Of a stretch of DNA of 64,000 bases, positions 1 to 11,355 are shown one piece after another. The notes under the pieces are model-generated. The model worked only from the letters and a program-made list of their open reading frames with translations. It made no database searches and was not told the DNA's origin. Source of the DNA: the human T2T-CHM13v2.0 reference genome, Homo sapiens. The DNA is taken from assembly GCF_009914755.1 (NCBI RefSeq), contig NC_060931.1; one strand, 5' to 3'. Numbering within the stretch: the stretch's first letter is position 1; the number at the start of each line of letters is the position of its first letter. Both the position numbers and the translations under genes were made by a program.

Positions 1-3000
1 TTCCTATCTGCCCTATCGCCTTCCTGCCTAATCTCCTCCTTCAATCTCCTTCCCTCACAGGTGTCCTGGATTTGGGAGTCTCACAGACACAGCGCACCTA
101 ATCACTCTGAGAGAGTGATCAGAAACATAATGTCAAACACTGACATTAAAAGGTCATGGAGAAGAAAACAAATGGCTTCCCCATGCTCTTATGGAGAGTT
201 TTCCCAAGGCACAAATATCTCTTTGGGTGGCTTTGAGGTCATGGTGCCTGACACACTGAGCGATATTATGGGTGTCCATTTCCATGAATTGGTGGGCAAT
301 GTCAGAGACACAGAGTTCATGGTCACCAGCTTCCTCCAGCCCACACCTGATTTTGGTGCAGGGCGCTGAGCAGAGACCTTTGCTTGTTACCCTCCTTTGC
401 CAGTTAGGAAAGGCTGATTGAGAGGCAGAGGCTCCATTTACAGAGCAGGGCTATGTGTTAGTCCCTGAAGAATTGTGAGAGCCATTCTGGGTGGAAATAA
501 TCAAATATACAATCCCCAAGAATGGCCCACGGATAGACAGAAGTCCCAATTTTGCCAGAATGATTTGCATCTATGCTTTGAAGACAAATGCAGTTTTATC
601 TCTTTAGGCAATAAAGACCAAAAATAGACTAGTTATTTTAAATAATTGAACCTTAAACAGACCAAAGTCAGAACATCTTCCCTAGGGACAGCATTTTCTT
701 CCACCCACTCACTAAAGCTGTATTTGAGAAAGCAGTGTGCTGTTGATAAACGCTGGAATATCGTTACAATCGACATTGTAATAATACTGCTACTTGGATC
801 AGAAACAAAGAGCATTTCTAAAGCTTGAACAATGTAAAACTGGAAACGAGCTCTCACTGAGTTTGGAAATGCAGGCACTAGAGGGTGCTCATTTCTCTTC
901 CTTTTCCAATCGGGGGCTATTCAAAGGCTGTTCTAGAACAAGGGGTGAGATCCTCCACTTCCCCGTGGTGATCAGGCTTTCACAGGTAGAAGCCTTATTA
1001 GTTCATAATCAGCCAAGCTGACCTCACCATCAAATGTATCGACCTCGATGCTCACCCTCCTCAGCAGTCAGAGACTGGCTGTGTTCACCAGGAGCTCGTG
1101 TGTTTTTACGGAGCACACTTTCTCCTCGGTTTATTAAAAACAAATGAGCCTTTATACGGGGTTCCATAAACAGAAGCTTTCTGTACTTTGCCCATTTAGA
1201 CACTGCAAATTCTGATGCCTGATGAAAAGTGTAAACTTAAAGCTTGCATGTCGTTAAGATTTTTTAATAACCAATTTAAATAATATATATAATGAAAATG
1301 TCAATAATGCTCTCGAATCCAATCCCATGTTCCATTGGTAACCAATATTAACGCTCTGGTGTGCTTCTTTTCACCCCTCTTTTCTGTGTTCATGCACACC
1401 TTTCTACCCAAGTACACCTACAGAAAATGGGTTCACCTGTACACTTTAACTGCCAAATGTGTACTCTTTTCTGTATATCTTGGTCTTTATTGTTCCAGAT
1501 TGGTTGATATAGATCTAACTTGCTCCTATTATCTGCTTCATATTGCATAATGAGGGTAGACAGGTACATTCATGCTGTATTGTCTGTTTCCTAAATTCTG
1601 CCAGATCTTTTCTAAAGTGACCAAATGGCATCTTTACGCTTCCAGGTTCTCCTCACCCCAGCACCCAGTTGATGATTCCAGCTTTTCCATCACTCATAGT
1701 CCTGGCAGGTCTGAGAGCTCCATTTGGTTTCTCCTGCATGAGGAGACAGGGAGGGATAAAAGGATAGACCTTTATCAAACCTACCAGAGACTACATGGTA
1801 TCTCAGTTCATCCTCATAAAGCATTGAGGGGAATGCTAGTCTTGTTTTATAGATGAGTCTAGATGAGGCTAGAGTCCAGGAAATCAATAAATAGCCTTGC
1901 CCATGGTCTCAGAGCTAATAAATGGTGGAGGCAGATGAAGGGCAGTCGGCTTGCTTCCATGTGGAATTGATAGAGGGGTCACTGGAGTTTGAGGGAGGGG
2001 AAGTCTAGAACCATCTGGCGTTGTCTTCAGATCGGACACCAGGGTTGAGACAGTCTGTGTACCCTACAGCACCGCAGGTACAAGCATCATGGTGTTGGCA
2101 GTGGGGAGATACTAGAGTGGGTAAGTGATTAGTGGCCTGGAACTGGAAGATCTGAGCTTTGACAAAATTATTCCCATCACAACATGTAGCAGAGACACTG
2201 ATGTGGATAAACTAGGTCAGGGAGCTGTGTGAGGAGCTGTTGTTAAAATAAGGGAGGGAGGAGAAGCAACTAAGTGGTCACTTCCTAACATGAAATGTAG
2301 AGGAAACCAATATTAACTAGAATCCATCTGATTTTAGTCAGTTTTCCTTTGTAAGTATTTGGAAGGTGGGATAATTTATTTTCAAGGTTAAGTAAACATC
2401 TATACATCTCCTTTATCTTTTGAAGACTGGTGGCGAAGCGAAAAATGGCACGGCCAATGGAGTCAGAGTTTGTTTAATAAATATCTCAGAGTTCAAAGAG
2501 AGACTCTCATGGGCCAGAAATTGGTAAATGTTCCTGCATTCTAAAATTAGGAGGATCTTATTTTCTTTGAATCAACAGAGAAGGAAGCACAGGCAGTGGG
2601 GAGGAACAGTTGGGAACACGGCAGAGTGGCCGCAGGATGTCAAAGACAAAGGACATGTAATATCAAATTCTAAGCTGTGAAGCTGTGATGCAACCCTCCA
2701 CCTTCTCCTAATGGATTTTTTAGGTCTCAGCGCAGATGCACAGCTGAGGGAGTAATTTCTTTGGAAATGAAGGACAAATAGCTGTGTTAAATATTAATAA
2801 CAAGTCCACATTACAAAGCACGCCTGGAAATGGAAACAAGATTATTTCTAAGGCCTTTTCTACTCTAAGAGTCTCTAACTTGGTGGCAAGGTGAGAGGTG
2901 AGGTTGGGGTGGGTGTTGATCCACACGCGATGAGTACCATGAGGCTCTACCATGAAGCATGTAGTTCTCAGTGTGAATCAGAGCCCTAAGAAGAATAATG

Positions 3001-3279
3001 CCCTTTACTTTGTTTTGTCCTGTGCCATCCCAAACCCACTCCACCCATAATTAAGCAGCCATGGAAATGAGGGTAGCCAGAAGGAATCAAACCCTGCTGC
3101 TTGGTTCAGTAGACACAGGGACCTGGGAGGAGGGTGTTGGCTGGGTCAAGGAGAAGATGATGAGCTCAGAAAATAGACAAGGAGAAACCCCAGTGGAAAG
3201 CTTGTAAAACTCTGGATGAATCACAAGATATGTTATTAGAGCTCCTTTTTATTACTAAATTTTATTTATTACTAAATTA

Positions 3280-3420
3280 ATGGCAGGAACCCTGCACAAA
3301 GGGATATTCCCTATGAAAGATGGCATCTCAAATAAAAACAGAGCATTCTTCCTTACCCTAAAGTCTGCCCTTTCTCCCCAAGTCCCTCATGCATCAGGCC
3401 ACCTTTGTGCCCACAGATCA
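3280..3420 (+). pseudogene. 3' fragment of a TRBV exon (paralog at ~23297-23435)
   Basis: AGTLHKGIFP...NRAFFLTLKSALSPQ resembles framework 3 (..TDKG...FPLTLKSA..SQ). Confidence 0.45.
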
Positions 3421-4128
3421 TGGGCAGCGCTGGGTGGCCATCATCATCCACACAGAGAGGGCAGTCAGCAGCATGAGCTGGTTCTGCCTGATATGGTCTC
3501 ACCCTAGGCATGGAAAGCAAGAGACCTGCGTTGAGCTGAAGGTGCTCAGCTGGGTTTGTCAGGAGTCCCATCTGTCAGTGAATTGACAAGAAACAGAGCA
3601 AAACGACTCCTGCAATGTTGAGAAGCCTGCACCTAGGATCTGGAAACTTGATAACAGAGAAAACCAATATAGACAAAGGATTTTAAACAGGATTATGGTC
3701 AATTAAGCAAATTAGAAAAGGATACTTGAAGGAGTATTTGGGATACAGGAATCAAAAACACCAGGAAGACATGAGAAGTTTCCCTAAGAGTCTAGACTAC
3801 AGCACTGTGTAGATAACTAACATCAGAATATTAATTATATTATTGAAGAATTAAAATTTACATTGAATTACAAACTCTTTACAAAAGGTCATGAAAATCT
3901 TGTAGACTTGTTTCAATTCAGACAAATGTGTTCTTCTCATTCTCAGCTGTTCACTGGTGCATTTATCTTGAATTTGACCATCTGGGGAATGGGCGTGGCC
4001 TCTCCTGACTGGAAGGCTCTGGGGCCCAGGCAGGGAGAATGATGTCTCAGAATGACTCCCTTGAGAGTCCTGTTCCCCTTTTATCAATGCACAGACCCAG
4101 AAGACCCCTCCGTCCTGCAGCCCCTGCC

Positions 4129-4557
4129 ATGAGCCTCGGGCTCCTGTGCTGTGCGGCCTTTTCTCTCCTGTGGGCAGGTGGGTCCTGGGCAGGGCCCTTG
4201 CGTGGATTTCAAGGCCCATCCCCTTTCCACTGGGGCTGCAGCATCAGTTTTGTTCTTCTCTGCAGGTCCCGTGAATGCTGGTGTCACTCAGACCCCAAAA
4301 TTCCACATCCTGAAGACAGGACAGAGCATGACACTGCAGTGTGCCCAGGATATGAACCATGGATACATGTCCTGGTATCGACAAGACCCAGGCATGGGGC
4401 TGAGACTGATTTACTACTCAGCTGCTGCTGGTACTACTGACAAAGAAGTCCCCAATGGCTACAATGTCTCTAGATTAAACACAGAGGATTTCCCACTCAG
4501 GCTGGTGTCGGCTGCTCCCTCCCAGACATCTGTGTACTTGTGTGCCAGCAGTTACTC
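4129..4557 (+). CDS. TRBV6-8: TCR beta V gene segment (leader exon 4129-4177, intron 4178-4265, V exon 4266-4557)
   Basis: Leader [16 protein letters not shown] with GT/AG sites. V exon reads [40 protein letters not shown]...[14 protein letters not shown]...VYLCASSY; both Cys and the Trp are intact; 23-RSS follows; position fits TRBV order. Confidence 0.95.
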
Positions 4558-4596
4558 CACAGCGCTACAAGGTTGTCTCCTCTCTGCACATAAAGG
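4558..4596 (+). other. 23-RSS of TRBV6-8
   Basis: Heptamer CACAGCG, 23-nt spacer, nonamer ACATAAAGG. Confidence 0.95.
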
Positions 4597-5334
4597 CAGG
4601 GAGGCTCTGCCCTCCACCCCGACCTGAGACTCAGGGATGACCTGGGCAGAGTATTCTGCAACGGGAACCTTGGAACCCGAAGTGGCCCCAAGTGGCCCAG
4701 ACAGTATGAGCCTCGCTCTGTGCCAGGTGCCTCTGTAGGCATCTCAGCCAGGCCTGGACTGGTCCCAGGTCCTCATATGTCTCCTTTGTTGCTCTCTCCT
4801 ACAAGCTCTACTTTTGGGGTTGGGGCCAGGGCTTCCCCAGCTCCTACTTTTCTACTCATCATCCTGAGTCCAAGGCCCCCAGGATGAAACAGGATTTGTA
4901 TTTCAGATCCATCTAGACTCCTGTCTCTCCCTGGTGACCATGTTGCTTCCTCTCTAGGGTTTCCCCCAGCCCCCACCCTCCTGTGGCCCACCTTTCCCAC
5001 CTCCGCAGTCATCCTCCACCCCCCACTTCCCTGCCCCTCTCTACTGCAGCCATGAGGGGAGCACCTCTCTGTGACTCCTTCCTTCCCGTCACAGAGACTT
5101 CAAAGGCCATTTTCTTTGCCCTGGGCCAGAGCCTTCCTTTCTCTAGTGGCCAGCTCCTTCCTGTGCTTCAGATCTCAGTATGATCAGCCCCTCCTGCGGG
5201 AAGCACTCCCTCCCCTCCCAGGTAAGATCAACTTTCCTCTCATAAGCTCTCAATGAATCATATGTCTGTTAGCAACCTTTAGCACAGTTGGGCTTTCTCA
5301 GATGCTTGTCTGATTATTTTTGTGCTCCACCCAA

Positions 5335-5629
5335 TTTTTTTTTTTTTAAGACACAGTCTCACTCCGTCACCAGGCTGGAGTGCAGTGGCATGATCTCTGC
5401 TCACTGCAACCTCTGATACTCTGATTCAAGTGATTCTCCTGCCTCAGCCTCCCAAGTAGCTGGGATTACAGGCACACACCACCACGCCCAGCTAATTCTT
5501 GTTTGTATTTTTAGTAGAGATGGGGTTTTACCATGTTGGCCAGGATGGTCTCGATCTCCTGGCCTCATGATCTGCCCTTCTCGGCCTCCCAAAGTGTGGG
5601 GATACAGGCGTTAGCCAGCACGCCTGGCC
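5335..5629 (-). mobile_element. Alu (AluS-type), shared by both duplication units
   Basis: Poly-T, two Alu arms, TSD CTCCACCCAATT. Confidence 0.95.
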
Positions 5630-6750
5630 TCTCCACCCAATTTTTAAGCCCATGAGAGCTAAGACTGTGCCTGCTGTATTTACCAACATCGGTGCCTGGC
5701 ATGTGGGGAGACCCATTTCACAGAGAATAGATGAGTGAATGACAGGCTGAGTGAGTGATGAGTGGGTGGACGAACAAATAGCAGGAACACGCTACATCTA
5801 CTGTAACCTGCCAGAGATCTAGCATTAAGTACAAGAAAGCCCACCTCTTTGATTGCTGGGCTCAGGTCGGTCTTGGAAATTGATGGGGAATCACTATCAT
5901 GGCGGCCACACCTGGTTCAAGGCTTCCTCTTGTGGCTGCAGCACCTGACCTCCTCCAGGTCTCTGTGCTCTCCTTCAGGATCTTTCCCCACAACAAATCT
6001 AGACAGATCAGAGATCCACTTCAAGAATTCCATCCTTAAAGGTTGTTCCTTGAAACCACTTCTGGTAAGAAAATCTCCATTAGGTTTGCATCAATAAAAC
6101 AGAGCCACTACAGGTTTGTGAGTGTAAAAGATTTATGATCAGAATTAGACTTTATGCATATGTGGGAGGAGCTGAGGAAGACAAGGTCTTGAGGAGAGAA
6201 GTCAGAAGGTGAGGGAGCCAGTCAGTAGCCAGGGCTCCTGGAGCTCTGGCAGGACAGGCTGGAGTGGCAGGGACATGAGAGGATCAGAGCATGCCAGGCC
6301 ATGCAGTGGGACCTTGAGCCGGGAGCACAGGAAAAGGCCGAGGAAACCTGCTTCTGGGGAAGCTGTTCCCTCTGTGTGGGGGCCATGCCTGCGGGTATAG
6401 TGCCAAACACTGGGGGCAGCCTGGCTGCTGTTGGGCAGCATTTGGCAAGATGAACTGGACACAGGGTGCAGAAGGAACAGGACTTCCTAGGTCTGTTGGA
6501 TGCCTCTGTATCTGCTGGTCACTGACTCTCACTCTCTCACCACAATGACCTGCCAATTGTTATAGTGACTGTTTTGTACCTGTCTTCTAAATGTTACAAA
6601 ATGTATCCTTGACCATCTCTAACCCAGAATGATAAATGGCATTCTGGGAAAGTCAGACTCTTACATTTGCAAAGTTGACTTAACACAATCCAGCACAGTA
6701 TGGATTCTCCCAGATTAAGGCATCAGATCACACAACTGACTCAACCTGCC

Positions 6751-7236
6751 ACGGTCCGTGGACTCCTCTCCGGGGGACACCTGTGCTGCCCAAGTGAATG
6801 TGGACACAATTTGTATGTAGATGTTCCAGACACTGGCTACTAAATTTTCTTTTAATCCTGTGCCTGAAATCTCGCTCCACCCAGAGGCAGGGCTCTGCCT
6901 CCTGCTTCTGTCTCCTTCCTGAGCTTCTATCCTGATGGAGTTGGATGGACATCAGACGCCTGGTCAGAGTGCAGTGACCTGTGGAGACAGTAGGAGGGAA
7001 GCTCACATCTTGCTGCCTTCCTCCATCCAGTTCTTTTATAACCAAAGCAAGTGTTCTGGTCTCCCTTTTGACTGTGCAGTATGAGAAATGTGCTTCATGA
7101 ATTTGTAGCTGATCAGCTCAATGATTTGATGGCCAACCTAAAGTGAAATCCTCAGATCTGCAGAAATTGCCCTGCATTTCTGTGAAGATGGCAAGAATAC
7201 AGTGTGCTAGAGTTGCCTTCTCTCCAAGTAGAGACC
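6751..7236 (+). pseudogene. Highly decayed TRBV relic with degenerate 23-RSS
   Basis: CCTGCC-ACG-GTCCGTGGACTCCTCT resembles a leader start; GTGAAT donor at 6794; 3' end GCCCTGCATTTCTGTG (ALHFC), then TACAGTG-23nt-GTAGAGACC. Confidence 0.65.
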
Positions 7237-8261
7237 TGGCCCCCAAACAGGATGGAGCAGAGAGGGCCAAAGAGCCCAAAACATGTCTCAGATTGTTGAA
7301 AGGCAATTTCCCAGGACAATCCTACTGATGACATTTCATCCCTTGTATTACACACTTGGCCACCCTTCCCCCCAGATCAGCTGAGTACCCAGGATATCAC
7401 ACATCCCAGCATCTTCTAACGAGGAAAAATACTTCACGTACCAGCCTCCTTCCTGCACCACATTGACTAACCCTGGAAACTTAGCCTTTCCAGAAAAAAG
7501 CTCTGTCTTCTCTCGGCCCAGTCTAGCCTGGTAGGTTTAATTCATGATTTATGTGACCTTTTAATTTACTCAAAGGAGAACGTATGATTTCAGGGTAAAG
7601 AATATTCATTTTATTTTTATAAGTTGGACCTAAACAGTAAACTGAGTACTTTTCTTCCATCAGCGTCTTAAATTAGACAACGGTAAAACAAATCTTTGAT
7701 GCTAGAACTTCAGATCCTAGTGTTTTTCACATGGAAGTTCCCAGTTACCCAGTCTAGGGCATGGAATAGATGAGCATTAATAAGTCACTGTATGCCTGAG
7801 ATGGTTTTCTATGGGCATCTTTTCTGAATTACGGTTAACAAGGGTGGGAAATGATCCCAGAAGAAAGGCATGAGGGCAGTTCTTGAGGGAACCCATGTGA
7901 TGGGACAGTCTCATTGGGCACGTGTGACTGGGGGAATGGAGGAAGCTGGGGCATGATTGGGATGGCACAGGGGACCCTGACTTGCGGGAAAGACAATGAG
8001 CTCAACCCTTTGTGCCCTATGTTAGGGGCGCTGTTGTTGCATCCTACAGGACATGCCCAGCAGGCAGGGGAGCAGCTGTAGGATGAGAAGATGAACTCAG
8101 AGATGCAGTGTGAGGTCTCCAGGCACAGACGGCTCTGGAGCACAAACCAATGAGCCATGAATTGATGTTGTTAAAACGGAGGTTATAAATATTTAAAGTG
8201 TCACCCAAGTGTGTTCTAATAGAAATGCTGTGACCCTGAGGTCCTGAGGATTGAGAGAGGA

Positions 8262-8271
8262 AGTGATGTCA
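8262..8271 (+). promoter_or_regulatory. TRBV promoter CRE-like decamer (TRBV7-7)
   Basis: AGTGATGTCA about 100 bp upstream of the ATG, matching the conserved Vbeta decamer. Confidence 0.85.
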
Positions 8272-8372
8272 CTGTGGGAACTGCCCTGTGGAGACAAGGA
8301 CATCCCTCATCCTCCGCTCCTGCTCACAGTGACACTGATCTGGTAAAGCCCCCATCCTGGTCTGACACTGTC

Positions 8373-8488
8373 ATGGGTACCAGTCTCCTATGCTGGGTGG
8401 TCCTGGGTTTCCTAGGGACAGGTGAGTCCTCAAAACACAAAGTAGTTTCATATTTTTTCTGTATGTAGGTGTGTGTGTGTATGCATGT

Positions 8489-8529
<41 letters not shown>

Positions 8530-8876
8530 ATGACTACAAATGTTTTCCTTATTCTGTTGCCAGATTCTGTTTCCACAGATCACACAGGTGCTGGAGTCTC
8601 CCAGTCTCCCAGGTACAAAGTCACAAAGAGGGGACAGGATGTAACTCTCAGGTGTGATCCAATTTCGAGTCATGCAACCCTTTATTGGTATCAACAGGCC
8701 CTGGGGCAGGGCCCAGAGTTTCTGACTTACTTCAATTATGAAGCTCAACCAGACAAATCAGGGCTGCCCAGTGATCGGTTCTCTGCAGAGAGGCCTGAGG
8801 GATCCATCTCCACTCTGACGATTCAGCGCACAGAGCAGCGGGACTCAGCCATGTATCGCTGTGCTAGCAGCTTAGC
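8373..8876 (+). CDS. TRBV7-7: TCR beta V gene segment (leader 8373-8421, intron 8422-8578, V exon 8579-8876)
   Basis: Leader [16 protein letters not shown]; V exon [37 protein letters not shown]...FNYEAQ...AMYRCASSL; RSS follows. Confidence 0.95.
8469..8527. repeat. (TG)n microsatellite in the TRBV7-7 intron
   Basis: Interrupted GT dinucleotide run. Confidence 0.95.
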
Positions 8877-8915
8877 CACAGCATGGCACAGTCGCCTCCT
8901 TCCTGTTCACAAACC
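8877..8915 (+). other. 23-RSS of TRBV7-7
   Basis: CACAGCA + 23 nt + TCACAAACC. Confidence 0.95.
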
Positions 8916-10089
8916 TCATCCTTCTCTCTCTTTGCAGCTCCCAGAGATCATTAACAGAGGCCTCTCTTTGCTCCTCACTTTTCCTGGGAAAGAGGTAGAT
9001 TTGGACCTCGGTTGTCCTTTGGGTGGAAAGAGACCACAGATTCATTCCTGAAACACAGTGACTGCAAATGTAAGTGGTGAAAACAATCACGTCCCACTGC
9101 ACTCTAGGAGGGCTCGGAGCCAGCTCACTGCTCCAAACAAGGAGTGGGTGTCTTAGCCTTGGCCTTCAGAGCAGACATGCATCTTCTATAGGTCTTGGAG
9201 GCTGCTGTGTTGCCCACATACATGAGGTTGTCATAGGCAGGAAACATGCCTCTTCTTCATATGTTGGGGCATCTGGAAGGTCTGAGGCTACATCCCCGAG
9301 AAGATCTTTCTTCTGAAGCCTCTTCTATCCCTGTCACCTTGGAAGTTTTCTGCCACAAAATATCAAACCTCTCTTCCTGTTTGAAGTAAAGGTCTTTGCA
9401 AATTTGTGGTCCTTACTTGATAAATACAATCATGGTAACAATAACACTTCATTTCTTCTGCCTACTTTAAGCCAAGAGTATCCTTTATTTTATTTCCATT
9501 TGCCATTGCTGCTGTCCTGATAGACAGAAGCATGCATCACCACCGCTGCCACTTCACCTTGATTCACTCAGGAAATCTGATTTTCAGACTCTGAGTGTTT
9601 TGATTGTTGTCCAACTCATTTGATTTGAAATAATTCTCCCAAGGCCTTTAACTCAAAAAGAGTTTTATTTATAATATTGAATCTATTCCTTTTTATTATA
9701 TTTTTTCATAATATATAGTGTTATATAGCACTTGTTAGAAATAGAAGTACAATGATTATATTGCAATAGAATCTTCCATCTGTCTGTGGGTGATGCTGCA
9801 GTTTGTATCTATGAAATGGAATGCACTGGTCAGAGCTGATGTGATTATGCATTATGGGTTTCGGGGAGTCCTCAGCGACAGACCACTTCTCCAAGTCTGG
9901 GACTCAGTGTCCCAGATGCAACCCTGATAGAGGTGCCCTGAATCTTTCATAGGTAGGAGGGGCATCATAGTCCTTCCAAATTCACTGATCAGAAATTATG
10001 GTGGTACAGACACCAAATTTCCTTCCCCAGAGAATGATGGTCACTGGCGGGGAATTGCTCTTGACCCATTTTTTCTTGTGTCGTCATCA

Positions 10090-11355
10090 AATGACTCCTT
10101 GCTCAGCCGCCCTGTGTCTTCTGGGACTGAGTAAGGCCAGCACACAGATGGGAATTCCCTGTCTTCTGAGACCTTCTAACTGCTGCCACTTTCCTCCATG
10201 TGACTGCTGAGACACCTGGTCCTAACAGTGGACAAGCTCTGACACTGAGGCTGAACAGACCACAGTCCACTGTTGTAAATGGTGCTGCAAGAACATGTAA
10301 CAAAAGTGAGCAGGGCTTCCAATTTATAGAGAGAATGAACATGCAAGAGGAGCAAAGGGTAGATGGTACTAACGAACAAATAGGGAGGAATGTGGTTTCT
10401 GTTCTAATGAAATCATTCTGTTGTCTTAAGTTAAGCAGGAGAAACATTTCATTGCAATTACTTCAAGTCAAAGGCTAGCGGCTCCCCAACCAGCCAGCAT
10501 AACTCTTTGCTCTGTGATCTCAGCAGCTTCAGAGGACTCAGAAATCCTTTCTCTGCACAAACATCCCGTTGTCCATTCCAAGACCCAGGATCACACACTC
10601 TGATCTTATCATGAAAATAATGAGGTATGCTATAGTTGCTGTGGCCTCATTTTAGTATGTTGAGTAGGAAGCATTGAAGAAGTTTGAAGCTTTTCTCTTT
10701 AGTCTATGGCTTGTATGACTCAAAAGAAGTAAATAGGCATACTTTTCCCAGCTCCCTGTTCAGTGAAGCCATGCTGGGAGCTTGAAATCTGCCATGGTGG
10801 GTATGTTGGTACAACAGAAATTAGGAAATGCTACCAGCCATGCCCCCACCTTCACAGACACACAGTTTATCAGCACATTACTGGGGTATTTTCTGATGTC
10901 CCTGTTATGCCATTTCTGAGCTAGGCCAATATAGCTCAGAATTTATTTCCCCACTACTCTTGTTCTTAGAACCCATCACCTAAGGGGCCGTCAATTGTTC
11001 CTATTTCCATTCAACTCCCAAATTCTCTTGCACTGTAGCTCTGTGTTTCCTTCAAGAATGCCAGTCTGGAACATGACAACTATTTTGAATGTACCTAAAG
11101 GTATCACTGAACCAGTTCATTATTTACAAATTATCTTTCCTCACATGGAATATTCAGATGCTGGAGTCATTGGGAACAGAGATGGCCAAGCAGCAACTCT
11201 GGGTTGTGAACCACATAGAGCCCCGCTATTCTTCTATGTCACTGACAGACCCTGAAACAAGGACTATTTTGCTTTAGAAACTAAGCAGCTCCACACCAGT
11301 CAGGAATGACTCTGCTTTTACTTTAGGCTGAGAGATCAGAAGGATCACATCCTCA
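10090..11355 (+). pseudogene. TRBV relic: leader remnant (~10090-10165) and V-exon remnant (~11157-11355), TRBV7/11/12-like
   Basis: GCCCTGTGTCTTCTGGGAC leader end; GATGCTGGAGTCATT..ACAGAGATGGCCAAGCAGCAACTCTGGGTTGTGAACC (DAGVI..QAATLGCEP); ..GCTGAGAGATCAGAAGGATC (AERSEGS). Confidence 0.7.

Noticed and set aside
633-878. 81-aa minus-strand ORF recurring three times (also 20691-20936 and 40831-41076)
   Set aside because: Recurrence is explained by the segmental duplication; there is no recognisable domain or gene structure.
1-3227. Apparent patchwork similarity among the three copies of this segment
   Set aside because: With three sequences, any private mutation gives a 2:1 pattern; gene conversion cannot be inferred without more paralogs or an outgroup.
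5849-6097. 82-aa ORF nearly identical to 25917-26165
   Set aside because: Non-ATG start and duplication-derived; no coding evidence.
6080-6700. Possible ancient LTR elements (also ~26150-26770, 54620-55010, 55780-56220)
   Set aside because: They look ERVL/Gypsy-LTR-like, but family and boundaries cannot be supported without RepeatMasker.
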